Source: Octopus bimaculoides (Eukaryota). From it: a DNA stretch of 64,000 bases. Made by a program: the position numbers and the translations under genes. Shown piece after piece: positions 53,589 to 64,000 of the stretch. The notes beneath the pieces were generated by a model that did no database searches, was not told the origin of the DNA, and was given only the letters and a program-made list of their open reading frames with translations. The DNA lies in contig NC_068984.1 in assembly GCF_001194135.2 (NCBI RefSeq), forward strand, positions 8,807,250 to 8,871,249, read 5' to 3'. Position 1 is the first letter of the stretch. Each line of letters starts with the position of its first letter.

Positions 53589-53655
<67 letters not shown>

Positions 53656-53687
53656 GAAAGGATTGAGGTAACTCCTCCTGAAGATAT

Positions 53688-53976
53688 AGAGTCAAAATTA
53701 AAAGAAGAGTGCCATTTGTTATCTAGTGAACAATATTTCGACATCTCACGTGTCTTCAACTGGTTCAAACATTAAATTTGTCAATCTACTTCATTTTGGT
53801 TAATATAGAAAGGATTGAGGTAACTCCTCCTGAAGATTGAGTCACCTCAATCCTTTCTATATTAACCAAAATGAAGTAGATCGACAAATTTATTTTTTGA
53901 ACTAGTTGAAGACACGCGTGATGTCGAAATATTGTTCACTTGATAACAAATGGCACTCTTCTTTTAATTTTGACTC

Positions 53977-53977
<1 letters not shown>
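53688..53977. repeat. Long palindrome, 139-bp arms, 12-nt spacer, embedded in (ATT)n; probable Penelope-like terminal structure
   Basis: Arms 53688-53826 and 53839-53977 with about 8 mismatches; 34-bp direct repeat 53652-53685 = 53804-53837. Confidence 0.85.
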
Positions 53978-54010
<33 letters not shown>

Positions 54011-54368
54011 CATTATTATTATTATTATTATTATGGTTTTTTNNNNNNNNNNNNNNNNNNNNNNNNNNNNNNNNNNNNNNNNNNNNNNNNNNNNNNNNNN
54101 NNNNNNNNNNNNNNNNNNNNNNNNNNNNNNNNNNNNNNNNNNNNNNNNNNNNNNNNNNNNNNNNNNNNNNNNNNNNNNNNNNNNNNNNNNNNNNNNNNNN
54201 NNNNNNNNNNNNNNNNNNNNNNNNNNNNNNNNNNNNNNNNNNNNNNNNNNNNNNNNNNNNNNNNNNNNNNNNNNNNNNNNNNNNNNNNNNNNNNNNNNNN
54301 NNNNNNNNNNNNNNNNNNNNNNNNNNNNNNNNNNNNNNNNNNNNNNNNNNNNNNNNNNNNNNNNNNNN

Positions 54369-54412
<44 letters not shown>

Positions 54413-54415
<3 letters not shown>

Positions 54416-54664
54416 CGCAGGAGTGGCTGTGTGGTAAGAAGATTGCTTCCCAACCACATGATTCCGGATTCAGTCCCACTGCGTGGCACCTTGTGCAAGT
54501 GTCTTCTAGTATAGCTTTGGGCCGACCAAAGCCTTGTGAGATGATTTGGTAAACGGAAACTGAAAGAAGTCCTTCATATATAGAAAGATAGATAGATAGA
54601 TACATACATACATACATACATACATACATACGTACATACATATGTGTCTGTATTCATGTATGTA

Positions 54665-54700
<36 letters not shown>

Positions 54701-54925
54701 TATGTGTGTGTGTGTGTATTTGTGTGTCTGTGTTTGCCCCCACTATCGCTTGAAAACCGATGTTGGTGTGGTTTACATTCCCGTAATTTAGCGTTTCGGC
54801 AAAAGAGACCGATAGAATAAGTACTAGGCTTACAAAGAATAAGTTCTGGGGTCGTTCGATTTGCTCGACTAAAGGTGGTACTCCAGCATGGCTGCAGTCA
54901 ACTGATTGAAACAAATAAAAAGAAA
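54413..54925 (+). mobile_element. SINE family A, full length
   Basis: Head, expanded internal GATA/TACA/TATG tract and tail. Confidence 0.92.
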
Positions 54926-55025
54926 AAAAGAATATATATATATATCCATCGAGTTGTAACCAAGTGTCTTTCTCTCTTTCTGTCTCTCTGTCTCTCTCTC
55001 ACCCTTCATATACATACATACATAC

Positions 55026-55067
<42 letters not shown>

Positions 55068-57054
55068 GTTTGTACATTTTAGTATTAATAAGCAACGTAA
55101 ACATATTATTTTTCTTTTTCTTCTTTTCTTGTATTCCCGTTAATTCCGACAACACGAACTGCGGAGATCTCAGGAAAGGAATTACCTATCGGAAATATAT
55201 ATGAGAAAAAAACTCATGTTGTAGTCCTTTTGATGTGCGGTAACAGTCTCCTATAATGTTGTTTTTTTTTAAAACATTCTGCACAACGACCAAATACTTT
55301 AGATGAAAGTAAATGACATAAGTTAATATTTGGTAGAATTGATGTAAGTGAATTAAAACCATTTTCCTCTTTAGCTTTCTATTTCTTCAAAAACAACCAA
55401 CAAATATGAAAGGTTACTAAAATAAACAATATTTGGTTAAAGCTGGATTAAACTTACAATTTGGAGAAATGTTGTCGCTGATATGTCTGTGGAAACAAGC
55501 GTTGGAAATATTTAGACAACTTTTTATATTTCTGGAAGTTCAAACAAAATATAAATATTTAAAAATTGTGTCATTGGTATATGTATGAGGGAGAGAAATG
55601 TCAAAGAGGAAAGGATGTAATTATTTTTGAAATGCCAACTATCTCGCAGTGTTAACATAGGCAATCTTGCAGTGAATCGGAATTAGTTTTCTGGTTGATT
55701 CATGTCAATGTAATCTTCAATGATAAGAAAAAACTTGAAAACCACGTTTTGATAAAGAAAAAAATAAAATATTTTGACAAATTAAATTTAAATGTTGAAG
55801 TGAATCTAACGGTTTTTGTGTGTTTCTTAAATGGCCTATGAACACCTTCCACGCTGCAGTTGTTTTCGTTCCAGCACACGATCTCAGATCAGGTCACTTG
55901 CTATGCAAGTACTTCTCCGTAATTAAAATTTAGATTTTTTAAATAATTATCTTGTCAGTGGTGACTTTAATAATTGTTGTTCTTTAGTAAAAGTTACATA
56001 CACATAAATTAATAAGAAGTTGTTTTATTATAGCAAAGATGCCAAGGACTTGAGAGCGATTGGACCTTAATAATTTTGTAATTATGATACCTAAATAAGG
56101 GAGAGTTAATGAGTTTAGTCCAATTCCAGTTGATGAAATTCAGTATAAGGTTCATAAATGTAAAATATAAATCTTGGGATACCTAGCAGTATCTAGTTAA
56201 GTCGCCATGTTTTAGCAGAAGTATTGATATCGTTTAATACGGCAGAGTTTGATTTCATATAGATTAATGATCGATAGTAAGTTTGTTGATAATATATATA
56301 AGCTGTTTCCTTTTATCTGAAATAACAAAAAGTGATGCTGTTCGTTTTCAACTTTTTAATTTTGTTCCAAAGTTATTTCTGAAACTAGTTTGATAAGTTC
56401 ATATCAACGCTCTCGAAATGTCTTCTGCTTGTTTTAAACAGCTTTCTTTCATTTTTTTTTTTTTTTCTTAAATCTTATTTCTAAGCTCTTTCTGGAATGG
56501 GTTGATATTTCTTCGAAATTTAATATTTTTTGATCATGAAGAATGAATGAATCGACTTCAAACGATTGTATTAAGTTGTTAGCAGGAGGACATTTGATCG
56601 TTTTCCAAATCATATTTATGTTCTGTTGTATCTTCAAATAAAATTTACAAAAACAAAGTAAAAAAAAAATGAACTGAACACTTAATCCTCTTGATAGAAT
56701 TTTCGGTTTTCTGTAGTAAACATTTTAGACAGACTTTAATTTGTGGTAGAGGAATGTTTTCCATACAAAGCTGTATTTATTATTGTTACATTTATTGAAT
56801 TTATAAATGGCCTTACATAACAAGAGAGTTTATTCATTAATATATAAATGTTGTGCTTTTATTTATATAGCAAAACAAAAGATTAACTGAGAAAAGAAGT
56901 TACATAGAGAGCCTGTGTATGTATATATATATTTGTGTTGTGTGTGTGTGGGGGGGGCGTGTGTGTAAGTGCATACAGGATGGTGTGAATGTTTATGTGA
57001 CTGCAAAAAAGTGTATCCATTTGTGCATGCGAGCGTACGTGAGCGTACGCGCGC

Positions 57055-57090
<36 letters not shown>

Positions 57091-57271
57091 TTAAATTTAT
57101 CTTAACGCATCTAAGCTCATCACAGAATTTATCTCACCTCATGTAAGATATGTACACAGCACTGAAAGTGCTCAATAAAAGCTTACAAAAAATGGTAACT
57201 TATTTACGAATTGGAGCTACGACAGAAGTCCAATTTATGGTAAACATCACTTTGATCTAAAGCTTATCACC

Positions 57272-57915
57272 CCTTCATCAGATGTCATGGAGAAATTTCG
57301 AACCCGAGTTCTCATTCCGATGTTGTTGTTATTATTATTATTATTATTATTATTCTTTCACTCGGAATCTTGGGGTTAGAAGCCCGCGCTCTTAACCACT
57401 ACGCCATATGTCCGTGGGCAACTATGGAGTGAATTTTAGGGCTTATATATCTAATATTTATAAAAAGAAGCAGTACATATTCTGGGACAGAATAACCTCC
57501 TAAGCAGATCTAGTGCAAATATGAGTAGAGTATGTGAACCGGTATTAAGGAAGGATAGGAAAATATTAGATTTATAAACCTTAAAAATCACTCCATAATT
57601 GCCCAAGCTTAAGAGCGTAGTACTTAAGAGCGCGGGCTACTAACCCCAAGATCCCAAGTTCGATTCCAGGTAGTGACCTAAATAATAACAATAATAATAA
57701 TAATAATGGTAATGAACAGCTGACACTGTAGTACATCCTAAATTCGATTCCAGGTAGTGACCTGAATAATAACAATAATAATAATAATGATGATAATGGT
57801 AGTGAACAGCTGACACAGTAGTACATCTCCAGCGTTAGAAGCTGTGCAAATAACAACAACAACAACATCGGAAGGAGAACCCGGTTCGAAATTCCCCCAG
57901 GACACCTGATGAAGG
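57272..57915. repeat. Inverted pair of tRNA-headed units (fold-back)
   Basis: 57272-57459 is the reverse complement of 57561-57915, apart from an ~85-bp tandem duplication in the right arm. Confidence 0.8.
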
Positions 57916-57946
57916 CTGGAGAGTACATCAGCCGAAACGTGATGAC
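57901..57946 (+). ncRNA. Minimal hammerhead ribozyme motif, cleavage site altered
   Basis: GACAC-CTGATGA-A-GGCTG(10 nt)CAGCC-GAAA-CGT-G; same family as 23665-23710, but with G at the cleavage position. Confidence 0.6.
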
Positions 57947-58845
57947 AACAAACAAGATGAGGACAAATATCTGTCATAAGGAAGTATTTCGCTTAAGAAC
58001 ACCACACACCGTCAGGTTAAGAAATCGAAACTCCGATTCTACGATTGTAAGTGTGACGCTCTTACCAGAAGGACACACGCCTTCATACATCCGTCGTTGT
58101 ATCACGTCTAAAAAACAGAAACAGGAATGCGGCGGTTGGGACGTATTCGATCGTGTCTCCTCGATTATGCCTGACTCAGACCTAAACAAAAAAAAGTCTG
58201 AAACTACATCCTGCAAACCAAGTCCTTCCATTCGCTATTTTTCTACCAGATTGCATTTTTTTGTTCGTCTAACCAATCACGTTGTCTTTCGTAATCTCTT
58301 TCAGCTATTTCATTTTATGCCTAACCAAATATTTAATTGTTTCATATATATATACCTAGTGCATATCATTCTCTTTTCTTATCTATTGATATTATCTCTT
58401 TTAGTCTTGAATTAGTTTGCTTTTGATGGACAGTTATTGCGTTCATATGAAAACTTTCACTTCGACTTTAAGGTTTGTCTTTTACAAGCAATTTCTATGA
58501 TTTATTCCAAACCACTTACTCCATTTTCTCCCTTTGATATCATCTCGTTATATATTTCTTTCTTTGATGCCGTCTTCTTTTACCATTTCCGTCTTTTGCA
58601 CACGTTATATTTTCTATGGCTATTACAAAAACATCAATTTTTTTTCTCTGCTAGTTGAGATCATTTTTATTTGTTCCACGACCAACTCAAATCATATAAA
58701 CCTTCGTTATTAAGTCCTCAGCGTCCATTCTCCTGAGTTATCAGCTCCTACTCTTTTCAACCAACATTCTCCATCGTTTTTACTTATCATCTCCCATCTT
58801 TTCCTGATATGTAAAATCAATTCAAATTATTTTACCAAAATTGCA

Positions 58846-59010
58846 GCGTGGGCGTGGCTGTGCGATAAGAAGCTTACTTCCCAACAAGGTAGTTCTGGGT
58901 TCACTCTCACTATGTAGATCCTTGGGCAAGTGTCTTCTACTATAACCACGGTCCGACGAAAGCCTTGTGAGTGGATTTGGTTGAATGAAACTGCTTGAAA
59001 ACCGTCGTAT
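58846..59010 (+). mobile_element. SINE family A 5' half
   Basis: GTGGCTGTGCG..CCTTGGGCAAGTGTCTTCTAC. Confidence 0.82.
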
Positions 59011-59038
59011 ACATACATACATACATACATACATACAT

Positions 59039-59395
59039 GTGGAGGCGCAATGACCCTGTGTTTAGGGCAGCGGACTCGCAGTCATAGAATCGCGGTTTCG
59101 ATTCCCAGACCGGGCGTTGTGATTGTTTATTGAGCGAGGCTCCGGCAGGGGATGGTGGCGAACCCTGCTGTACTCTTTCACCACAACATTCTCTTACTTC
59201 CTGTTTCTATTGTGCCTGTAATTCAAAGGTTCAGCCTTGTCACACTGTGTCACGCTGAATATTCCCGAGAACTACGTTAAGGGTACACGTGTCTGTGGAG
59301 TATTCAGCCACTTGCACGTTAATTTCACGAGCAGGTTGTTCCGTTGATCGGATCAACTGGAACCGTCGACGTCGTAAGCGACGGAGTGCCAATAA
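59039..59395 (+). mobile_element. SINE family C (tRNA head, long unique tail)
   Basis: Head like family D with GGTTTCGATTCC B box; tail shared with 8410-8512; ends in (AAC)n. Confidence 0.8.
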
Positions 59396-60603
59396 CAACA
59401 TACNNNNNNNNNNNNNNNNNNNNNNNNNNNNNNNNNNNNNNNNNNNNNNNNNNNNNNNNNNNNNNNNNNNNNNNNNNNNNNNNNNNNNNNNNNNNNNNNN
59501 NNNNNNNNNNNNNNNNNNNNNNNNNNNNNNNNNNNNNNNNNNNNNNNNNNNNNNNNNNNNNNNNNNNNNNNNNNNNNNNNNNNNNNNNNNNNNNNNNNNN
59601 NNNNNNNNNNNNNNNNNNNNNNNNNNNNNNNNNNNNNNNNNNNNNNNNNNNNNNNNNNNNNNNNNNNNNNNNNNNNNNNNNNNNNNNNNNNNNNNNNNNN
59701 NNNNNNNNNNNNNNNNNNNNNNNNNNNNNNNNNNNNNNNNNNNNNNNNNNNNNNNNNNNNNNNNNNNNNNNNNNNNNNNNNNNNNNNNNNNNNNNNNNNN
59801 NNNNNNNNNNNNNNNNNNNNNNNNNNNNNNATATATATATATATATATATACATACATATATATATGTGTGTGTGTGTATGCATATAAGTGTATAAATAT
59901 ATAGATAGGTAGATAGGTAAACATGTGTAAGTATATAATATATGTGTGTGTGTGTGTGTGTGTGTCTATCTGTCTGTGTGTGTGTGAGAGAGTGTTTGTA
60001 CATACATATATATTATTTCTATAAATATATTATTTTGCAGAATACAAATTTTTATTCCTCTATATAGAGAAAGAAAGAAAGAAAAGACAAGGGTCATGAA
60101 ACACGTCGAGCAAGAATGAAAAAAGAAGTCACCAACAGTAAAACAACAATAAAAAGCAAAAAACAAGCAGATTAACGATCAGGTGCAAATTTTTTTTTAA
60201 ATATTTCAAACAAACCTAGGCCTCCACAAACCTAGGTCTCCCCAATCACATGAGAGCTTGTTAGAAAAACGTGACATAAATGTCATTGATGTGGGAGTGA
60301 GGTAAATTCTCGGATCGAGAAATACCACTACAGCGATATACAGCCATCAATCCTCATTTATATACTTATCTATCTATTTATATACATATATATATATACA
60401 TATATATACACACAAAGACATACATAAACACACACACACACTCATATTTGTATGTATATATGTATATCTTTATATATCTGTCTGTTTACCTGTTCATCTG
60501 TGTGTCCGTCTGTCTGTCTATCTACCTATGTATCTGTATATGCATATATACAAACATCCATACATACACATATATAAATACATATATATATTCTATCATA
60601 CGT

Positions 60604-60636
<33 letters not shown>

Positions 60637-61159
60637 NNNNNNNNNNNNNNNNNNNNNNNNNNNNNNNNNNNNNNNNNNNNNNNNNNNNNNNNNNNNNNNN
60701 NNNNNNNNNNNNNNNNNNNNNNNNNNNNNNNNNNNNNNNNNNNNNNNNNNNNNNNNNNNNNNNNNNNNNNNNNNNNNNNNNNNNNNNNNNNNNNNNNNNN
60801 NNNNNNNNNNNNNNNNNNNNNNNNNNNNNNNNNNNNNNNNNNNNNNNNNNNNNNNNNNNNNNNNNNNNNNNNNNNNNNNNNNNNNNNNNNNNNNNNNNNN
60901 NNNNNNNNNNNNNNNNNNNNNNNNNNNNNNNNNNNNNNNNNNNNNNNNNNNNNNNNNNNNNNNNNNNNNNNNNNNNNNNNNNNNNNNNNNNNNNNNNNNN
61001 NNNNNNNNNNNNNNNNNNNNNNNNNNNNNNNNNNNNNNNNNNNNNNNNNNNNNNNNNNNNNNNNNNNNNNNATATATATATATATATATATATATAACAT
61101 ATGATATACTTACATGTACGAACGTATAAATACATATATATGCACGTATGCACATTACC

Positions 61160-61880
61160 AGTTTAAATTGCCCACCTAAAAACTCCTCGTGCGATATGGT
61201 CAGAAAATCAACCGCAGTAAATATAATGACGAAATAAACTTATATAAATAAGGATAAGATCGATATATAAAATATCGATTTTATCAAGTAGCCAGCATGG
61301 GAATAAAAAGCTAGTGTCAACGGTAGTTGCAAATATTCCGAACTGGAAACTACAGCCAAGAAGACGAGCCTCGTCCTGGAAAATCTATAGAGCTTGCTGA
61401 GGACGTCCTGCAAATCCTGGTGAACCAAAATATCATCGTAACTGTTGAGGAACTAGCAGAGAAGCTTGGATTTGGTCATTCCACCATTCATCGACACCTA
61501 CGTGCCATCGGAAATGTCAACAAATTGGGTCAAAGGGTTCTTCACAAATTTTCCGAGTCTAATCGCGCGGCCACATATAGCGAGGATGACATTCCAGAAA
61601 CTGGAGCAGTTTGAATTGTAAACGATGCCCTAACTACCATATTCGTCGGACATATCGTATGTTCATTGGAAGTTGTTTTATATTTAGATTATAGCTACAG
61701 TTCTGTGCAAAATCTTAATTCTGTATTCCAGTGAGAGTTCTGTAAAAATTTCTCACGCTTTGTAGCTGATGGGAGTCACAAATATTTTCTTCAGACAAAT
61801 GACAATCATGTAATGTAATCGATTATACTGATAATATTGATTATCCCATATCATATTAGTTATATTGAATGCCCCATGTC
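61160..61880 (+). mobile_element. Internally deleted mariner remnant
   Basis: EDEPRPG, TVEELAEKLG..STIHRHL..G and PYSSDI (YSPDLAP-like); the catalytic middle is missing. Confidence 0.8.
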
Positions 61881-62171
61881 CAGCTCGGACTCTTTGGCCA
61901 TGTTGCTCGATTTTCCAAGAGAGACCGTGCTCACCGTGTTGTCTTCACTGAGGATACGCTTGGTTTAACAACTTGTGTTGGTTGACCACAGGGCACAAAG
62001 TCACGGCAGATGAGGAAGTATCTCACGGAAATGGGGACTGACAGGGACACAGTTCGAGAGGTCACCCGGGAGAATCTGGGACTATACCGACAAATAGTGA
62101 AAGCAGCAACGTGCTGCCACGGCCGCATTACGTATATTACATAGATTACAACACATATTAATTATCTTTTT

Positions 62172-62391
62172 TTTACTTGTTCCAGACATTAAAGTGCGGC
62201 CGTGCTGGAGCACCGCCTTGAAAGGTTTAAGTCGAACGAATCGACTCCAGTACACATTTTGCACGTATTGTACTTATCCTATTGTTCTCTATTGTCGAAC
62301 CGTAAGATTACGTGGACGTAAACACACAAACACCAGTTGTCAAGCGGTGGTGGCGGACAAACCCAGACACACACACACACGTCATGTGTGT

Positions 62392-62435
<44 letters not shown>

Positions 62436-62686
62436 NNNNNNNNNNTGGTGGAGGAGAAACTGAAAGAAGCACGTCGTATATATAAGCATATATATATATA
62501 TATGCATATATATATATATATGCTTATATATACGACGTGCTTCTTTCAGTTTCTCCTCCACCAAATCCACTCTCAAGTCTCTAATATGCCTGTGGCTATG
62601 TTAAAAGTCACATGTCTAAGTGAGACTGAACCCGGAACCATGTGGTTGGCAAGCAAACTTCTTACCACACAGCCACATCTGCGCCT
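62172..62686 (-). mobile_element. SINE family A, split by small gap
   Basis: Tail and head both match family A. Confidence 0.88.
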
Positions 62687-62739
62687 ATTCGATTAATGAA
62701 TTATTTATTATATTACTTATCCCACATAATTAATTATAT

Positions 62740-62962
62740 CGAGCTGGCAGAAACGTTAGCACGCCGGGCGAAATGCTTAGCGGTATTTCGTCTGCCGTTA
62801 CGTTCTGAGTTCAAACTCCGCCGAGGTCCACTTTGTCTTTCATTCTTTCGGGGTCAATAAATTAAGTACCAGTTATGCACTGGGGTCGATGTAATCGACT
62901 TAAGCCCTATGTCTGTCCTTGTTTGTCCCCTCTATGTTTAGTCTCCTGGGGGCAATGAAGAA
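62740..62962 (+). mobile_element. SINE B1
   Basis: Full head, core and B1 tail. Confidence 0.9.
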
Positions 62963-63230
62963 ATATATGTTTTGGACCCGAATAGTTGAAAAGCAAAGTT
63001 GATGGCGACGGAATGAAAAATCAGGACGCGAGGACGGACCAAATGCCGCTATTCATTTCGTCCGGCGTGCTAACCATTCGGCCAGCTCGCCACCTTGTTG
63101 ATTATATTAATTGACCATACATTACTTTAATTAATTTCCCACATAATAATTATATCAATTATCTCACATTGTTTTAATATATCGATTATACCACAACATA
63201 TCGATTATCCCACACTATATCAATATTGAT

Positions 63231-63904
63231 TACTCTATTAATTATATTAATTAGCCACACCTTAATTATAGTCATTACCACACTTACTAATTACATTAAT
63301 TAACTAACATCTCTATATACCTCATTTATTAACTTCATTGATCACTTGGCTTATTGGTTATATCATATTGATTGTAAACAATACGACTAAAGATAGAGAA
63401 AATAGATAATGAGTGTATATACATATTTCAAGCGTTATTGCTCTTTCGTCAGTACCACATCCTACCCATCAACTATCCAGGAATGTATTGCTTGAATATC
63501 CACTACGTTTAGCAGTGTAACACTATCGGATAGACCACTCAGTCGACTCACACGACTTTGTCCGTCGTCAAATAATATTGGCACAATTCCAGACATTTTA
63601 AGTAATGTGGGACAATCAATATGATTAATGTGATGTGGGATAATGAACTGTGTTAATATATTCTATAATTAAATTCATTAATACATGGGTTAATAAATAT
63701 AATTAATATGATGGATGACCTGAATAGTAAAAAAATGCGAAATAATCAATACGTAAAAATTTTGACAATTGATATAACCAATAAGCCAAGTGATCAATGA
63801 AGTTTTTAAATGAGGTATATAGAGATGTTAGTTAATGAATGTAATTAATAAGTGTGGTAAGGACTATAATTAAGGTGTGGCTAATTAATATAATTAATAG
63901 AGTA
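63231..63904. mobile_element. AT-rich fold-back/MITE-like element with ~135-bp inverted arms
   Basis: Arms 63231-63365 and 63770-63904 with about 5 mismatches; TA at both outer ends. Confidence 0.7.
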
Positions 63905-64000
63905 TATCCAGCTGCAGGTGGTTTATCTGGAATTCGTTGAAGATATTCATCCAGGCACTTTTTGATGGTTATGAAAACTTTTTCCTCCTTTATATGTTCT

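Noticed and set aside
57615-57670. tRNA gene (ACT or TCT anticodon)
   Set aside because: No acceptor stem, and the anticodon differs between the two copies; it is a retroelement head. The same applies to the heads at 23918, 34794 and 59039.
57974-58231. ORF with EGLGLQDV (GGLG-like LINE motif)
   Set aside because: Single short motif with no supporting RT motifs nearby.
3540-61155. Many long ORFs of YI, CV, LS or HT dipeptides and X runs
   Set aside because: Translations of microsatellites and N-gaps.
62446-62563. Perfect 118-bp palindrome
   Set aside because: It begins exactly at a 10-N gap, is centred on self-complementary (TA)n and duplicates SINE A sequence with zero mismatches; most likely a contig-end assembly artefact.

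Overview
AT-rich, repeat-dominated animal genomic DNA from a gapped short-read assembly with many N-gaps, most next to (TA)n or (GT)n tracts. The very dense TA/GT/GATA/CT/AAT microsatellites and tRNA-derived SINE families suggest an octopus (coleoid cephalopod) genome; this is an inference, not a database match. I recognise no intact host protein-coding gene. Most long ORFs in the track are microsatellite or gap artefacts. The real coding remnants are all transposon-derived: an internally deleted Tx1/L1-type LINE (~1.0-3.1 kb), a CR1 3' fragment (37 kb), an R4/Dong-type LINE with restriction-like endonuclease sitting in (AAT)n (48.6-49.7 kb), a 315-bp tandem array built from a second R4/Dong 3' end (50.1-50.8 kb), and several mariner/Tc1 remnants. 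The most notable structures are: (i) minimal hammerhead-ribozyme motifs, two with an intact CUGAUGA/GAAA core (23.7 kb, 57.9 kb), one lying downstream of a tRNA-like Pol III head inside a fold-back; (ii) five long inverted repeats, including a mariner with two 5' ends and another with two 3' ends; (iii) a recurrent SINE dimer with an identical junction; (iv) a promoter-like motif cluster near 20 kb plus a few plus-strand splice-site pairs. Nothing here demonstrates a new biological system. The hammerhead/Pol III unit is the best lead.
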